DNA from: Meiothermus sp.
GTDB lineage: Bacteria; Deinococcota; Deinococci; Deinococcales; Thermaceae
Assembly (NCBI GenBank): GCA_033762915.1
Contig: JANRLD010000050.1
Location: 31,332 to 95,331 of the forward strand
Length of the DNA: 64,000 nucleotides
Reading direction: 5' to 3'
Below the pieces are notes generated by a model, which did no database searches, had not been told where the DNA came from, and worked only from the letters and a program-made list of their open reading frames with translations. How positions within the stretch are numbered: the first letter of the stretch is position 1; every line of letters starts with the position of its first letter. A program made the translations under genes and the position numbers. Below, one piece after another: positions 19,972 to 28,270 of the stretch.

Positions 19972-20886
19972 ATGCCAGAACTCTTCTCCAACGCCCCCTC
20001 CGCATGGCCTAAAGTCCGACTCGAAGGCTTGATACCAAGCCTGGCCCCCGAGGCCAAAACCGCCAACAGCGTAGCTTTCGCTACCACCATCGAAGCCACT
20101 TTCCGCGCCGCCAGCGGGGGTCTTCAGGTCCTCGAGGCCAACGTCGAGCGCCTGACCCGCGAGGGCGTGATCGAGGTGCCCCTGCGTGTCCGCGCAGCCG
20201 ACGGCGAGTACGACGTGTTCTTCTACCCCGTCGCCGACGAACAGTCCGCCGCCCACTTCGCCGGGGTCAGCGAGCTGGCCCGGAAGTGGGGCCGCCTGCG
20301 CCCGGTCTACTACAGCTCCCAGACTCTGCCCGACACCAACCCCTCGCCGCTCCCCATCACCCAGACCGACCGCCTCTACCTCACCGCCGCCCAGGCCTCG
20401 CCCAAGGGGCAGTACGCGATGTGGTGGGCCAATGTGAGCGGCGAGCGCTTCCACCAGAGCAGCACCTTCGACCTGGTCGACCGCATCTACCGCGAGCTGA
20501 ACGGCCTCGAGATGCGGGCCTACGCCTTGATCCTGCGTGAGATCGGCATGATTCACGAGGAGTACGAGTTCACCTCTGGCACCATGACCGACACCACCGT
20601 GGAGATCCCCCTCGAAGGCCCCGAGGGCATCCCCATGATCGCCACGTACTCGCAGCAGCGCGGCCTGCGCTTCCACTTCCACATGACCCTGACCAGCCCC
20701 GAGGCCCGTGACCTCTTCCTCAACCTCTTCCTGATGCGCATCAAGGCCTGGAAGCAGGAGGCCAACCTCGAGCACATCAAGCGTCTGGACTCCCCTTCGT
20801 ACATCTGGTGGCGCGAACTGGGCAAGCGCCTGCGCTTCACCTCCGGCGAGCAGAGCATCCAGGCGGTGGGCTCGGTGAAGAGATAG
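19972..20886 (+). CDS. Hypothetical protein, paralog 1 of tandem triplet
   Basis: Coding-like GC3, SD AGGTGA; shares FFYP, GQYAMWW, GPEGIPMI..RGLRFHFH and WWR with the next two ORFs. Confidence 0.85.
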   Translation: MPELFSNAPSAWPKVRLEGLIPSLAPEAKTANSVAFATTIEATFRAASGGLQVLEANVERLTREGVIEVPLRVRAADGEYDVFFYPVADEQSAAHFAGVSELARKWGRLRPVYYSSQTLPDTNPSPLPITQTDRLYLTAAQASPKGQYAMWWANVSGERFHQSSTFDLVDRIYRELNGLEMRAYALILREIGMIHEEYEFTSGTMTDTTVEIPLEGPEGIPMIATYSQQRGLRFHFHMTLTSPEARDLFLNLFLMRIKAWKQEANLEHIKRLDSPSYIWWRELGKRLRFTSGEQSIQAVGSVKR

Positions 20887-21081
20887 CGGGCGGCGGGCAA
20901 TAAATGGTGAAGATCGTTCGGCCGGTGGCTCATCAGTGACCCGATCCGCCGATCTTCTGGACTTGCAGCCCACGGCTTCCGGCCTTCGACCTTCGACGGT
21001 GGTTGGTTTGCGCTTGGGGTTGAATCCCGTCGCGCCCGTCAGTCGCCCACCAGCCGCCCCACACCCACAGGAGTTGCCGAA

Positions 21082-22020
21082 ATGTCCAAAGTCAGCCAGA
21101 CCGTCCTCCTCACCACCGACGCTCCTGCCGACTGGCCGGAGGTTCGGGTGGACGCGGCGGCGCTGGGGGACAACGCCGAGGCGGGTCGGGCCGAGCGTGT
21201 GCTGCGCTTCGTGACGGCGGCGGAGGCCGCCTTCCGCGAGTCCGGGGTGCAGACCCTCGAGGCCAACGTTCTGCGCATCACCGCCAAGGGGGTGGTGGAC
21301 GTGCACCTGCGGGTGCAGGCCGGGAAGGAGCAGCGCGACCTGTTCTTCTACCCCGACGCCGACCCCTGGGCCGCCGGGCACTACGAGGCCCTGTGCGAGT
21401 TGGCGGGCCGTTCGCTGGGGCGGCTGCGCCCGGTCTTCTACTCCAACGACGACCTCTCCATGGTTTTCCCCGACCCGGTCGACAGTGTGGCCCGGCGCGA
21501 CAAGCTCTACCTCAGCGCGGCGCTGTTCCCGGCCAAGGGGGAGTACGCGATGTGGTGGGCACGGGAGCAGGGCGAGCAGTTCCACTACAGCCCCACCTTC
21601 GAGCACTACGACCGCCTCTACCGCGAGGTCAGCGGCCTCGAGTTCAGCGCCTTCGCGGTGATCCTGACCGAAATCGGGATTATCCAGGACGAGGAGGAGG
21701 TCAGCAAGTCCTCGCTGCAAGACCGCAACGTGGAGATTCCGCTCGAGGGGCCGGAGGGCGTCCCCATGATTGTCTCGTTCTCGCAGCAGCGGGGCCTGCG
21801 CTTCCACTTCCACACCGGGCGCACCAGCCACGAGTACCGCGACCTTTTCCTGCAACTCCTTATCGAGCGTATAAAACTCTGGAAAAAGACTTTTGGCTCC
21901 AAGCCCCACACCCTTCTAGACACCCCGCCCATGCAGTGGTGGCGCAGGCTCAGCCAGCGCCTGCGCGAGACCCCGTCCGAGCAGGCCATCGGGGCGGTAG
22001 GAAAGGTGGAGAAGAAGTAG
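21082..22020 (+). CDS. Hypothetical protein, paralog 2 of tandem triplet
   Basis: SD AGGAG; same motifs as paralog 1. Confidence 0.85.
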   Translation: MSKVSQTVLLTTDAPADWPEVRVDAAALGDNAEAGRAERVLRFVTAAEAAFRESGVQTLEANVLRITAKGVVDVHLRVQAGKEQRDLFFYPDADPWAAGHYEALCELAGRSLGRLRPVFYSNDDLSMVFPDPVDSVARRDKLYLSAALFPAKGEYAMWWAREQGEQFHYSPTFEHYDRLYREVSGLEFSAFAVILTEIGIIQDEEEVSKSSLQDRNVEIPLEGPEGVPMIVSFSQQRGLRFHFHTGRTSHEYRDLFLQLLIERIKLWKKTFGSKPHTLLDTPPMQWWRRLSQRLRETPSEQAIGAVGKVEKK

Positions 22021-22022
22021 CC

Positions 22023-22940
22023 ATGCTCGAGCTTCACACCAATGCCCCCACCCACTGGCCCCGGCTGCGGATTCCGCGTTTCGCCACGGAGGCCGAGGGC
22101 CGGGAACTGTTCCTCGAGGGGCTACAGGCGGCCCTCGAGCCGGCCGGCTCCTACGTCAGCGAGATGAACCAGGCGGTGCTGGTGGAGGGCGGTGCGCTCG
22201 AGGTGCCGATCCAGGTGCGCGGGCGCGACGGGGCCTTCGCGGTTTTCTTCTACCCGCAAGCCGACGAGGCCGCCGCCGCCCACTTCTTCGCCCTGCTGGC
22301 CCTGGCCGAGCGCAACCCCGGCTTCAGGCCCCTCTTCTACAGCCCGGCGAGCCTGCTCGAGATCTACCCCGAGGAAGTGCCGGCGTTGCCGGGCCGCGAG
22401 CGCCTGTTTCTGCGCCGCCTCGAGAAGGCCCCCGTCGGCCAGTACGCCATCTGGTGGGGCGAGGGGGAGGGCCTGGAGGGCTCCCGCACCGCCGAGTTGC
22501 TCGACCGCGTTTTCGCCCGCGTGGACGGCTTCGAGGGCCTTTTGGCGGCGCAAATCCTTCATGAGCTGGGCCTGCCGCAAGACGACCGGGTGGAGTTGCC
22601 GCAGTCGATGCTCTCGATCTCAGTACTTGGCCCCGAGCGCCTACCCATGATCGTTTCCTTCTCCGCCGAGCGGGGGGTGCGCTTTCACTTTCACACTGCC
22701 CAGACTACGCCGCTCCAGCGCGATCGGTTCCTCGAGCACCTCCTGGCCTACGCCGACGAAAACCTTCCCTCGCTCTACTTTGCCGACGGGGCCGACGCCG
22801 CCGGCCCTGCGCTGCGCTGGTGGCGCTCGGTGCGCAGTCGGATGGGTGCGATCACCCTGATCGATGTCAGGCAAACCCAGGGCACTCGGAAGACCGAGCC
22901 ACAGACCGCGCAGGTGGTGTTGGGCGCGATGCACCGGTAG
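22023..22940 (+). CDS. Hypothetical protein, paralog 3 of tandem triplet (most divergent)
   Basis: Starts 2 nt after the paralog 2 stop; NAPTHWP, FFYPQAD, GQYAIWW, GPERLPMIVSFSAERGVRFHFH. Confidence 0.8.
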   Translation: MLELHTNAPTHWPRLRIPRFATEAEGRELFLEGLQAALEPAGSYVSEMNQAVLVEGGALEVPIQVRGRDGAFAVFFYPQADEAAAAHFFALLALAERNPGFRPLFYSPASLLEIYPEEVPALPGRERLFLRRLEKAPVGQYAIWWGEGEGLEGSRTAELLDRVFARVDGFEGLLAAQILHELGLPQDDRVELPQSMLSISVLGPERLPMIVSFSAERGVRFHFHTAQTTPLQRDRFLEHLLAYADENLPSLYFADGADAAGPALRWWRSVRSRMGAITLIDVRQTQGTRKTEPQTAQVVLGAMHR

Positions 22941-22981
22941 GCGGCTCTCGCGCCTTTGGCGGGGGGCCGGGGAGTCCGAGC

Positions 22982-23539
22982 TTAAGGCAAGTCCTCGAGC
23001 CGGTTCGCGTTTAGGTATAGGTCTTTGCCGAACCGCGCCTCGAGTCCCGCCCACTCGAGCCTTCGGACTGGGGCGGCCTCGAGCAAGCTCTGCAGCTTGA
23101 GCCGATCGCTCCGCAGGCGCTCCTCGACCTCGCTCAGCAGGGAGCGGTGGTAGAGCGCCGCCAGTGGCTCCATGTGGCCGCTCGAGCCGACCCCCACCAC
23201 CGCCCGAACCTCGGGGCTTGCCCAGCCCAGCAGGTGTTCCCAGTACGGCCCGCTCAGCATCGGGAGGTCGCAAGCCGCCACCGCCACCCAGTCGTTGCGG
23301 GCCAGGGAGAGCGCGGTGTGCAGCCCAGACAGGCTGTCACCCCCGGGGAGAAGGTCGGGGTGGGTGGTCAGGCCGAACTCGGGGTAGTCCGAGCTCGAGA
23401 CGATAAACCGCTCGTCGGCGGCCTCGAGTGAGCCCAGCACCCAGCCCATCAGCGGCCTGCCGGCGAAGTCGAACCGCGCCTTATCCTGCCCGAACCGGCT
23501 CGACCTGCCTCCCGCCAGCACTGCCGCGCTCCACCTCAT
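22982..23539 (-). CDS. mobA: Molybdenum cofactor guanylyltransferase
   Basis: AVLAGGRSSRFGQDKA, LSGLHTAL, ACDLP, EPLAALY, NANR. Confidence 0.9.
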   Translation of the reverse strand: MRWSAAVLAGGRSSRFGQDKARFDFAGRPLMGWVLGSLEAADERFIVSSSDYPEFGLTTHPDLLPGGDSLSGLHTALSLARNDWVAVAACDLPMLSGPYWEHLLGWASPEVRAVVGVGSSGHMEPLAALYHRSLLSEVEERLRSDRLKLQSLLEAAPVRRLEWAGLEARFGKDLYLNANRLEDLP

Positions 23540-23547
23540 CGGCATTA

Positions 23548-23600
23548 GGGTCAGGGGTCGGGGGTCAGGAGTCAAGAGCCCAGAGCTAAGAGCTCAGAGC
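23548..23600 (+). repeat. Degenerate 7-bp tandem repeat
   Basis: GGGTCAG GGGTCGG GGGTCAG GAGTCAA GAGCCCA GAGCTAA GAGCTCA. Confidence 0.7.
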
Positions 23601-23664
23601 GGTTCCCACCCGCTGTGTGCCCTGTACCCGACCCTAGACATCTTTCCCCTCGACCCTCGAGAAT

Positions 23665-24189
23665 ATGGCCGTGAAGCTGGCCGTCCTTCTTTCCCCGGGT
23701 TTCCTCGAGGCCGAAGCCGCCCTGACCCTGGAGGCGGCGCGGCTGCTGGGCTGGGAGAGCTTTACGGTGGCGCGGGGCCGGACGAGCCTCGAGGGGGCGG
23801 CGGGGGCGGTCTGGACACCCCGCTTCACCTTCGTGGCGCGGCCCGAGCCGGACGTGCTGGTGGTTCCGGGTGGGGCCAGCATGAGCAAGCTGGGCCGCGA
23901 CGAGCAGCACCAGGACTGGTTGGCCGAGGTCTGGGAGCGGCAGAAGGCGGTGTTCTGCGGGGCCAACGGGGCGCTGTTCTTGCTCGAGGCCGGGCGGGTC
24001 TCCGGCCGGGTTGCGGTCCACCCCGTCGCCAGGGAGGCGCTGGCCGGAACCGCACTGACCCTAGCCGAGGGGCCGGTGCACTGGAGCGGGAAAGTCTGCA
24101 CCACGCGGGGGTACGCGGACCTGGCCCGCGCCCTCCTGGACTGGGCGGGTTTCGCCGATGATGCCAAAGTACATCTGGGTCTGACGTAG
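23665..24189 (+). CDS. DJ-1/PfpI family protein
   Basis: LAVLLSPGFLEAE, DVLVVPGG, FCGANGALFLLEAG. Confidence 0.8.
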   Translation: MAVKLAVLLSPGFLEAEAALTLEAARLLGWESFTVARGRTSLEGAAGAVWTPRFTFVARPEPDVLVVPGGASMSKLGRDEQHQDWLAEVWERQKAVFCGANGALFLLEAGRVSGRVAVHPVAREALAGTALTLAEGPVHWSGKVCTTRGYADLARALLDWAGFADDAKVHLGLT

Positions 24190-24269
24190 GGGCGTATCAG
24201 CCGCGAGGCCCTCAAACTACGCCCCTGCAATCACGAAGACTAACCCGGTCTTTGTGTATGACGTACGAC

Positions 24270-24788
24270 CTAGCGGCGGTGCTCCCAGACGATCAAGGCA
24301 CCGTCTTCGGGGTCTTGCCGGGTACCTTCCTGGACGAAGCCGCACTTCTCGAGCACCCGCCTCGAGGCAAGGTTTTCTACCTGGGTCTCGGCCTTGATCT
24401 TTTTGACGCGGTTCTGCTGCCACAGCCACGCCACCAGGGCCTGTACGGCCTCGGTGGCGTAGCCGCGCCCCCAAACGCTGGGGTTGAGGCCGTAGCCGAT
24501 CTCTACTGTTCCCTCAAGGTCGGGCAGACCTTTGCAGCCCATCTGACCCACGGCAGTCCGCGTGGCCCGCTCGACCAGGATTCCGCCCCAGTCCTCGGCC
24601 TGGGGGTTCTGCCGCAGGTATTCGGCCCAGCCAGCGAACACCGGCAGGGCGTCGCCGGGCCACTCGGGCGGGAAGTGAACTTCCAGACCCTGTAGGGTGG
24701 CGGTGAACTGGTCTTGCAGGAGGCGCTTTTCGACGACCTCGAGGGTGGTTTGAAGTATCAGCAGGCGGGACGTATCGAGTCTGAACAT
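24270..24788 (-). CDS. GNAT N-acetyltransferase (RimJ/RimL type)
   Basis: VEIGYGL..WGRGYATEAV, ENLASRRVLEKCGF. Confidence 0.9.
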   Translation of the reverse strand: MFRLDTSRLLILQTTLEVVEKRLLQDQFTATLQGLEVHFPPEWPGDALPVFAGWAEYLRQNPQAEDWGGILVERATRTAVGQMGCKGLPDLEGTVEIGYGLNPSVWGRGYATEAVQALVAWLWQQNRVKKIKAETQVENLASRRVLEKCGFVQEGTRQDPEDGALIVWEHRR

Positions 24789-24949
24789 GGGTGTCCTGGG
24801 CGCGAAAAACCGGCGTTTCGCGTGAAATGGGGGGCTGAGGGCTGGGGGCGACCTCGAGCTGGGCGGGAACCGTCATCAAGACACCTGCGACACTCAGCCT
24901 AACAGACTTCGACCTAGCTTGGGCTTGGTATTGGTCTGAGCCTCAACAG

Positions 24950-25146
24950 CGTTCCCCCGACCCCCTCTGGGGTGCTCTCACCACCGCGTCAGCGGGCCTC
25001 GAGCCACAAGCCAATTGGCCCAAAGGGGGCTCCCTTGCTGCTCTGGATCTGCCGAGGGCGAGGGAGCTCTCCCTTGGGCGTTCAGCATGCGCAACCAAGG
25101 TACGCAAACGATTTGTTGCCTACACCAAAGAGGGGTAGGGGGAACG
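24950..25146 (+). ncRNA. Putative rod-shaped structured RNA, 6S RNA-like
   Basis: Outer arms 24950-24974/25123-25146, register-matched irregular stem, ~15-nt central bubble, inner stem 25018-25038/25058-25079; G-U pairs favour the + strand. Confidence 0.5.
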
Positions 25147-25232
25147 TCTTTGGCTTTTGCCGTCACCGTTCAAAAAACCCACTTGTTCTGCCGTTACAGA
25201 GTTTGCGTCCCGATGGGATACAATGGCTACTT

Positions 25233-27038
25233 GTGCAGGATCGAGCGCTGATCAGAAACTTTTCCATCATCGCCCACGTGGATCACGGCAAGTCCACGCT
25301 GGCCGACCGCATTCTCCAGACCACCAAGGCGGTCTCGGACCGGGAGATGCGGGAGCAATTCCTGGATTCGCTGGAGCTCGAGCGCGAGCGCGGGATCACC
25401 ATCAAGGCCAGCGCGGTGCGGCTGTTCTACCAGTCCAAGACGGGCGTAACCCACACCTTCAACCTGATTGACACGCCGGGCCACGTGGACTTTGGCTACG
25501 AGGTCTCGCGGGCCTTGGCCGCCGTAGACGGGGTGCTGCTGGTGGTGGACGCTTCCCAGGGCGTCGAGGCCCAGACCATCGCCAACTACTACCTGGCCGC
25601 CGCCCACAACCACGTCATCATTCCGGTCATCAACAAGATCGACCTCCCCGGCGCACAGCCCCTCGAGACCGCCATCGAGGTCGAGGAGGTGCTGGGCATC
25701 TCCGCCGACGACTGCGTGTTCGCCTCGGGCAAGACCGGCCAGGGCGTCGAGGACATCCTCGAGGCCATCGTCCACAAGATTCCCCCGCCCAAGGGTTCCC
25801 CTACCAACCCCGTGCAAGCCCTGATCTTCGACTCGATCTTCGACGCCTACCAGGGCGTGATCCCCTACGTGCGGGTGATGGACGGCGAGATCTCGCCCGG
25901 CGACCGCATCCGGATCTGGTCCACCGGCACCGAGTTCAACGTCGACAAGCTGGGCGTCTTTCGGCCCGGTGTGCTCGAGCCGGTCACCTCGCTTGGCCCC
26001 GGCGAGGTGGGCTGGATCACCGCCCGCATCTCCGAGATCGGCGAGGCCCAGGTCGGCGACACCATCACCTCCGCCACCAACCCCTGCTCCGCGCCGTACC
26101 CCGGTTTCCAGCCGGCCAAGCCGGTGGTCTTCGCCGGCCTGTATCCAACCGATACCCAGGAGTACAACCGGCTGCGCGAGGCCCTGGAGAAGCTCAAACT
26201 CAACGACGCGGCGCTCTTCTTCGAGCCCGAGACCTCCGAGGCGCTGGGCTTCGGCTTCCGCTGCGGCTTCCTGGGCTTGCTGCATGCCGAAATCGTGCAG
26301 GAGCGCCTCGAGCGCGAGTTCAACCTCGACCTTATCGCCACCGCCCCCAGCGTGATCTACCGGGTCACGATGACCAGTGGGGAGGACTTAGAGATTCACA
26401 ACCCCTCCGAGCTGCCCTCCTCCGACAAGCTCGAGGCGGTCTACGAGCCCTACGTCAAGCTGACCGTCTACACTCCCGAGGAGTACGTGGGCTCCATCAT
26501 GCAACTCCTGGTCGAGAAGCGCGGCAAGATGGAGCATATGAACTACCTGGGCAAGCGCGTCGAGCTGATCTACAGCGTGCCCTTCGGCGAGATCCTCTAC
26601 GACTTCCACGACAAGCTCAAGAGCATCAGCCGGGGCTACGCCTCGATGGACTACGAGCAGATCGGCTACCAGGAGGGCGAGCTGGTCAAGGTTGGCATCC
26701 TGGTCAACGACGAGGGCGTGGACGCCCTGGCCTTCATCGCCCACAAGGACAAGGCCTACGGCATCGGCCGCGAGATCGTGGACAAGCTGGGTGAAGTAAT
26801 TCCCCGCCAGCAGTTCGCGGTGCCGATCCAGGCCGCCATCGGGGGCAAGATCATCGCCCGCAGCACGGTCAAGGCCCTGCGCAAGGACGTGCTGGCCAAG
26901 TGCTACGGCGGCGACATCAGCCGCAAGAAGAAGCTGCTGGAGAAGCAGAAAGAGGGCAAGAAGCGCATGAAGTCCATCGGCAAGGTGGACGTGCCCCAGG
27001 AGGCTTTCCTGGCGGTGCTGTCGGCGGGCAAAGAGTAG
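25233..27038 (+). CDS. lepA: Translation elongation factor 4 (LepA)
   Basis: [64 protein letters not shown] 8 nt after TACAAT. Confidence 0.97.
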   Translation: MQDRALIRNFSIIAHVDHGKSTLADRILQTTKAVSDREMREQFLDSLELERERGITIKASAVRLFYQSKTGVTHTFNLIDTPGHVDFGYEVSRALAAVDGVLLVVDASQGVEAQTIANYYLAAAHNHVIIPVINKIDLPGAQPLETAIEVEEVLGISADDCVFASGKTGQGVEDILEAIVHKIPPPKGSPTNPVQALIFDSIFDAYQGVIPYVRVMDGEISPGDRIRIWSTGTEFNVDKLGVFRPGVLEPVTSLGPGEVGWITARISEIGEAQVGDTITSATNPCSAPYPGFQPAKPVVFAGLYPTDTQEYNRLREALEKLKLNDAALFFEPETSEALGFGFRCGFLGLLHAEIVQERLEREFNLDLIATAPSVIYRVTMTSGEDLEIHNPSELPSSDKLEAVYEPYVKLTVYTPEEYVGSIMQLLVEKRGKMEHMNYLGKRVELIYSVPFGEILYDFHDKLKSISRGYASMDYEQIGYQEGELVKVGILVNDEGVDALAFIAHKDKAYGIGREIVDKLGEVIPRQQFAVPIQAAIGGKIIARSTVKALRKDVLAKCYGGDISRKKKLLEKQKEGKKRMKSIGKVDVPQEAFLAVLSAGKE

Positions 27039-27150
27039 ATCGGTAAAAGTCCCGACGCCAACGGCTTTTTCCTCACTTTCTAGGCTCCGCGCTCTGCGTG
27101 CAGTGTGCATTTGGTGCCGGGCATCTGGCCCGAGGCGTTAGGCTTATCCC

Positions 27151-28152
27151 ATGTCCCTCAAGCGCCAACTGGCCTGGGTGATCGGGTTGCTGGCTTTCTT
27201 GCCCAACCTGGTGGTGGTGCTGGTGTTCGGTCTGGCGAACCGGGAGTCGGGGCAGAACTTTCTGCTGATTGGCTGGATTCTGGTACTGGCGGGAGTGGCG
27301 GGGTTTGTGGGATACCTGCTGGCGAGCGCGCTGCTGCGCCCGGTGGAGGAGATGCGGCGGGGGCTGGTACACCTGCGTGGGAGCAACCGCACGCTCGCAG
27401 AGCTGTCGCTGCCGACCCCGCAGGAGCGCCCCCCGGCGGAAATCCGGCAGCTGCGCGAGGGCTTTGAGGATCTGCTCGAGCACCTGCGCGAGCTGCTGGA
27501 GGCCAGGGAGGCCACCTACGCGGCCCTCACCCACGACCTCAAGACCCCCCTCTTGGCCAGTCTGCGGGCGCTTGAATACCTAGAGGAGGCCGACAGAATC
27601 GGCCCGGAGCGGCGCAAGGAGCTGCTGCGCGAGCTACAGGGAGAGCTGCGGCGTGGCTACCTGCTGGTGGAGAACCTCCTGACTGCCAGCCGCCTGGAGA
27701 ACCAGCGCATCCATCCCGAGCAGCTCAACCTGCGGGCGGTGCTCGAGGACTTCCGGCTGCGCTACACGCAGCAGGCCGAGCGGCGCGGGCTGCTGCTGGA
27801 GGTGGAGGGGGCAGGCCAGGCCAAGGCCGACCGGCTGCTGCTCGAGCGGGCCTTTGCCAACCTGGCCGACAACGCGGTGCGTTACGCCAAGAGCCGGGTT
27901 GTGCTCAAGGCCGGGGAGGGCTGGCTAGAGGTCGAGGACGACGGGCCGGGACTGCCGGAGTCGCTGGATGCGCTCACCCAGCCCTTCCGCTCGGCGCGGC
28001 TGCACGGCATCCGGGCCGGGAGCGCAGGGCTGGGTTTGTACGTGGCCCGGCGGGTGGCAGAGGTGCACGGCGGGAAGCTCGAGACGGTGGGACCGCCCCG
28101 ACCAGGGACGCGTCTGCGGTTGCAATTGTCACCAACGGCCAATTTATCGTAA
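27151..28152 (+). CDS. Membrane sensor histidine kinase (HAMP-HisKA-HATPase)
   Basis: 2 TM segments, THDLKTPL H-box, NLADNAVRY, DDGPG, GLGLY. Confidence 0.9.
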   Translation: MSLKRQLAWVIGLLAFLPNLVVVLVFGLANRESGQNFLLIGWILVLAGVAGFVGYLLASALLRPVEEMRRGLVHLRGSNRTLAELSLPTPQERPPAEIRQLREGFEDLLEHLRELLEAREATYAALTHDLKTPLLASLRALEYLEEADRIGPERRKELLRELQGELRRGYLLVENLLTASRLENQRIHPEQLNLRAVLEDFRLRYTQQAERRGLLLEVEGAGQAKADRLLLERAFANLADNAVRYAKSRVVLKAGEGWLEVEDDGPGLPESLDALTQPFRSARLHGIRAGSAGLGLYVARRVAEVHGGKLETVGPPRPGTRLRLQLSPTANLS

Positions 28153-28192
28153 CGCTAGAATTGTGGCCCTGGTACGCTAATTTGATAACGAA

Positions 28193-28215
28193 AACACCCC
28201 CTAGTCGGGGGTGTT
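28193..28215. promoter_or_regulatory. Perfect inverted repeat AACACCCCC-N5-GGGGGTGTT
   Basis: Lies between the kinase stop and the pilin operon; either a response-regulator site or a terminator. Confidence 0.45.
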
Positions 28216-28270
28216 GTTGCCGCTCAAAAGTTGGGACACTACCCTTTAGGAAACGTGGAGGGCAGGTGCC

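Noticed and set aside
24972..25232. N-terminal extension of LepA in the ORF track
   Set aside because: LepA similarity starts at about 25233; the upstream DNA is better explained as structured RNA and promoter
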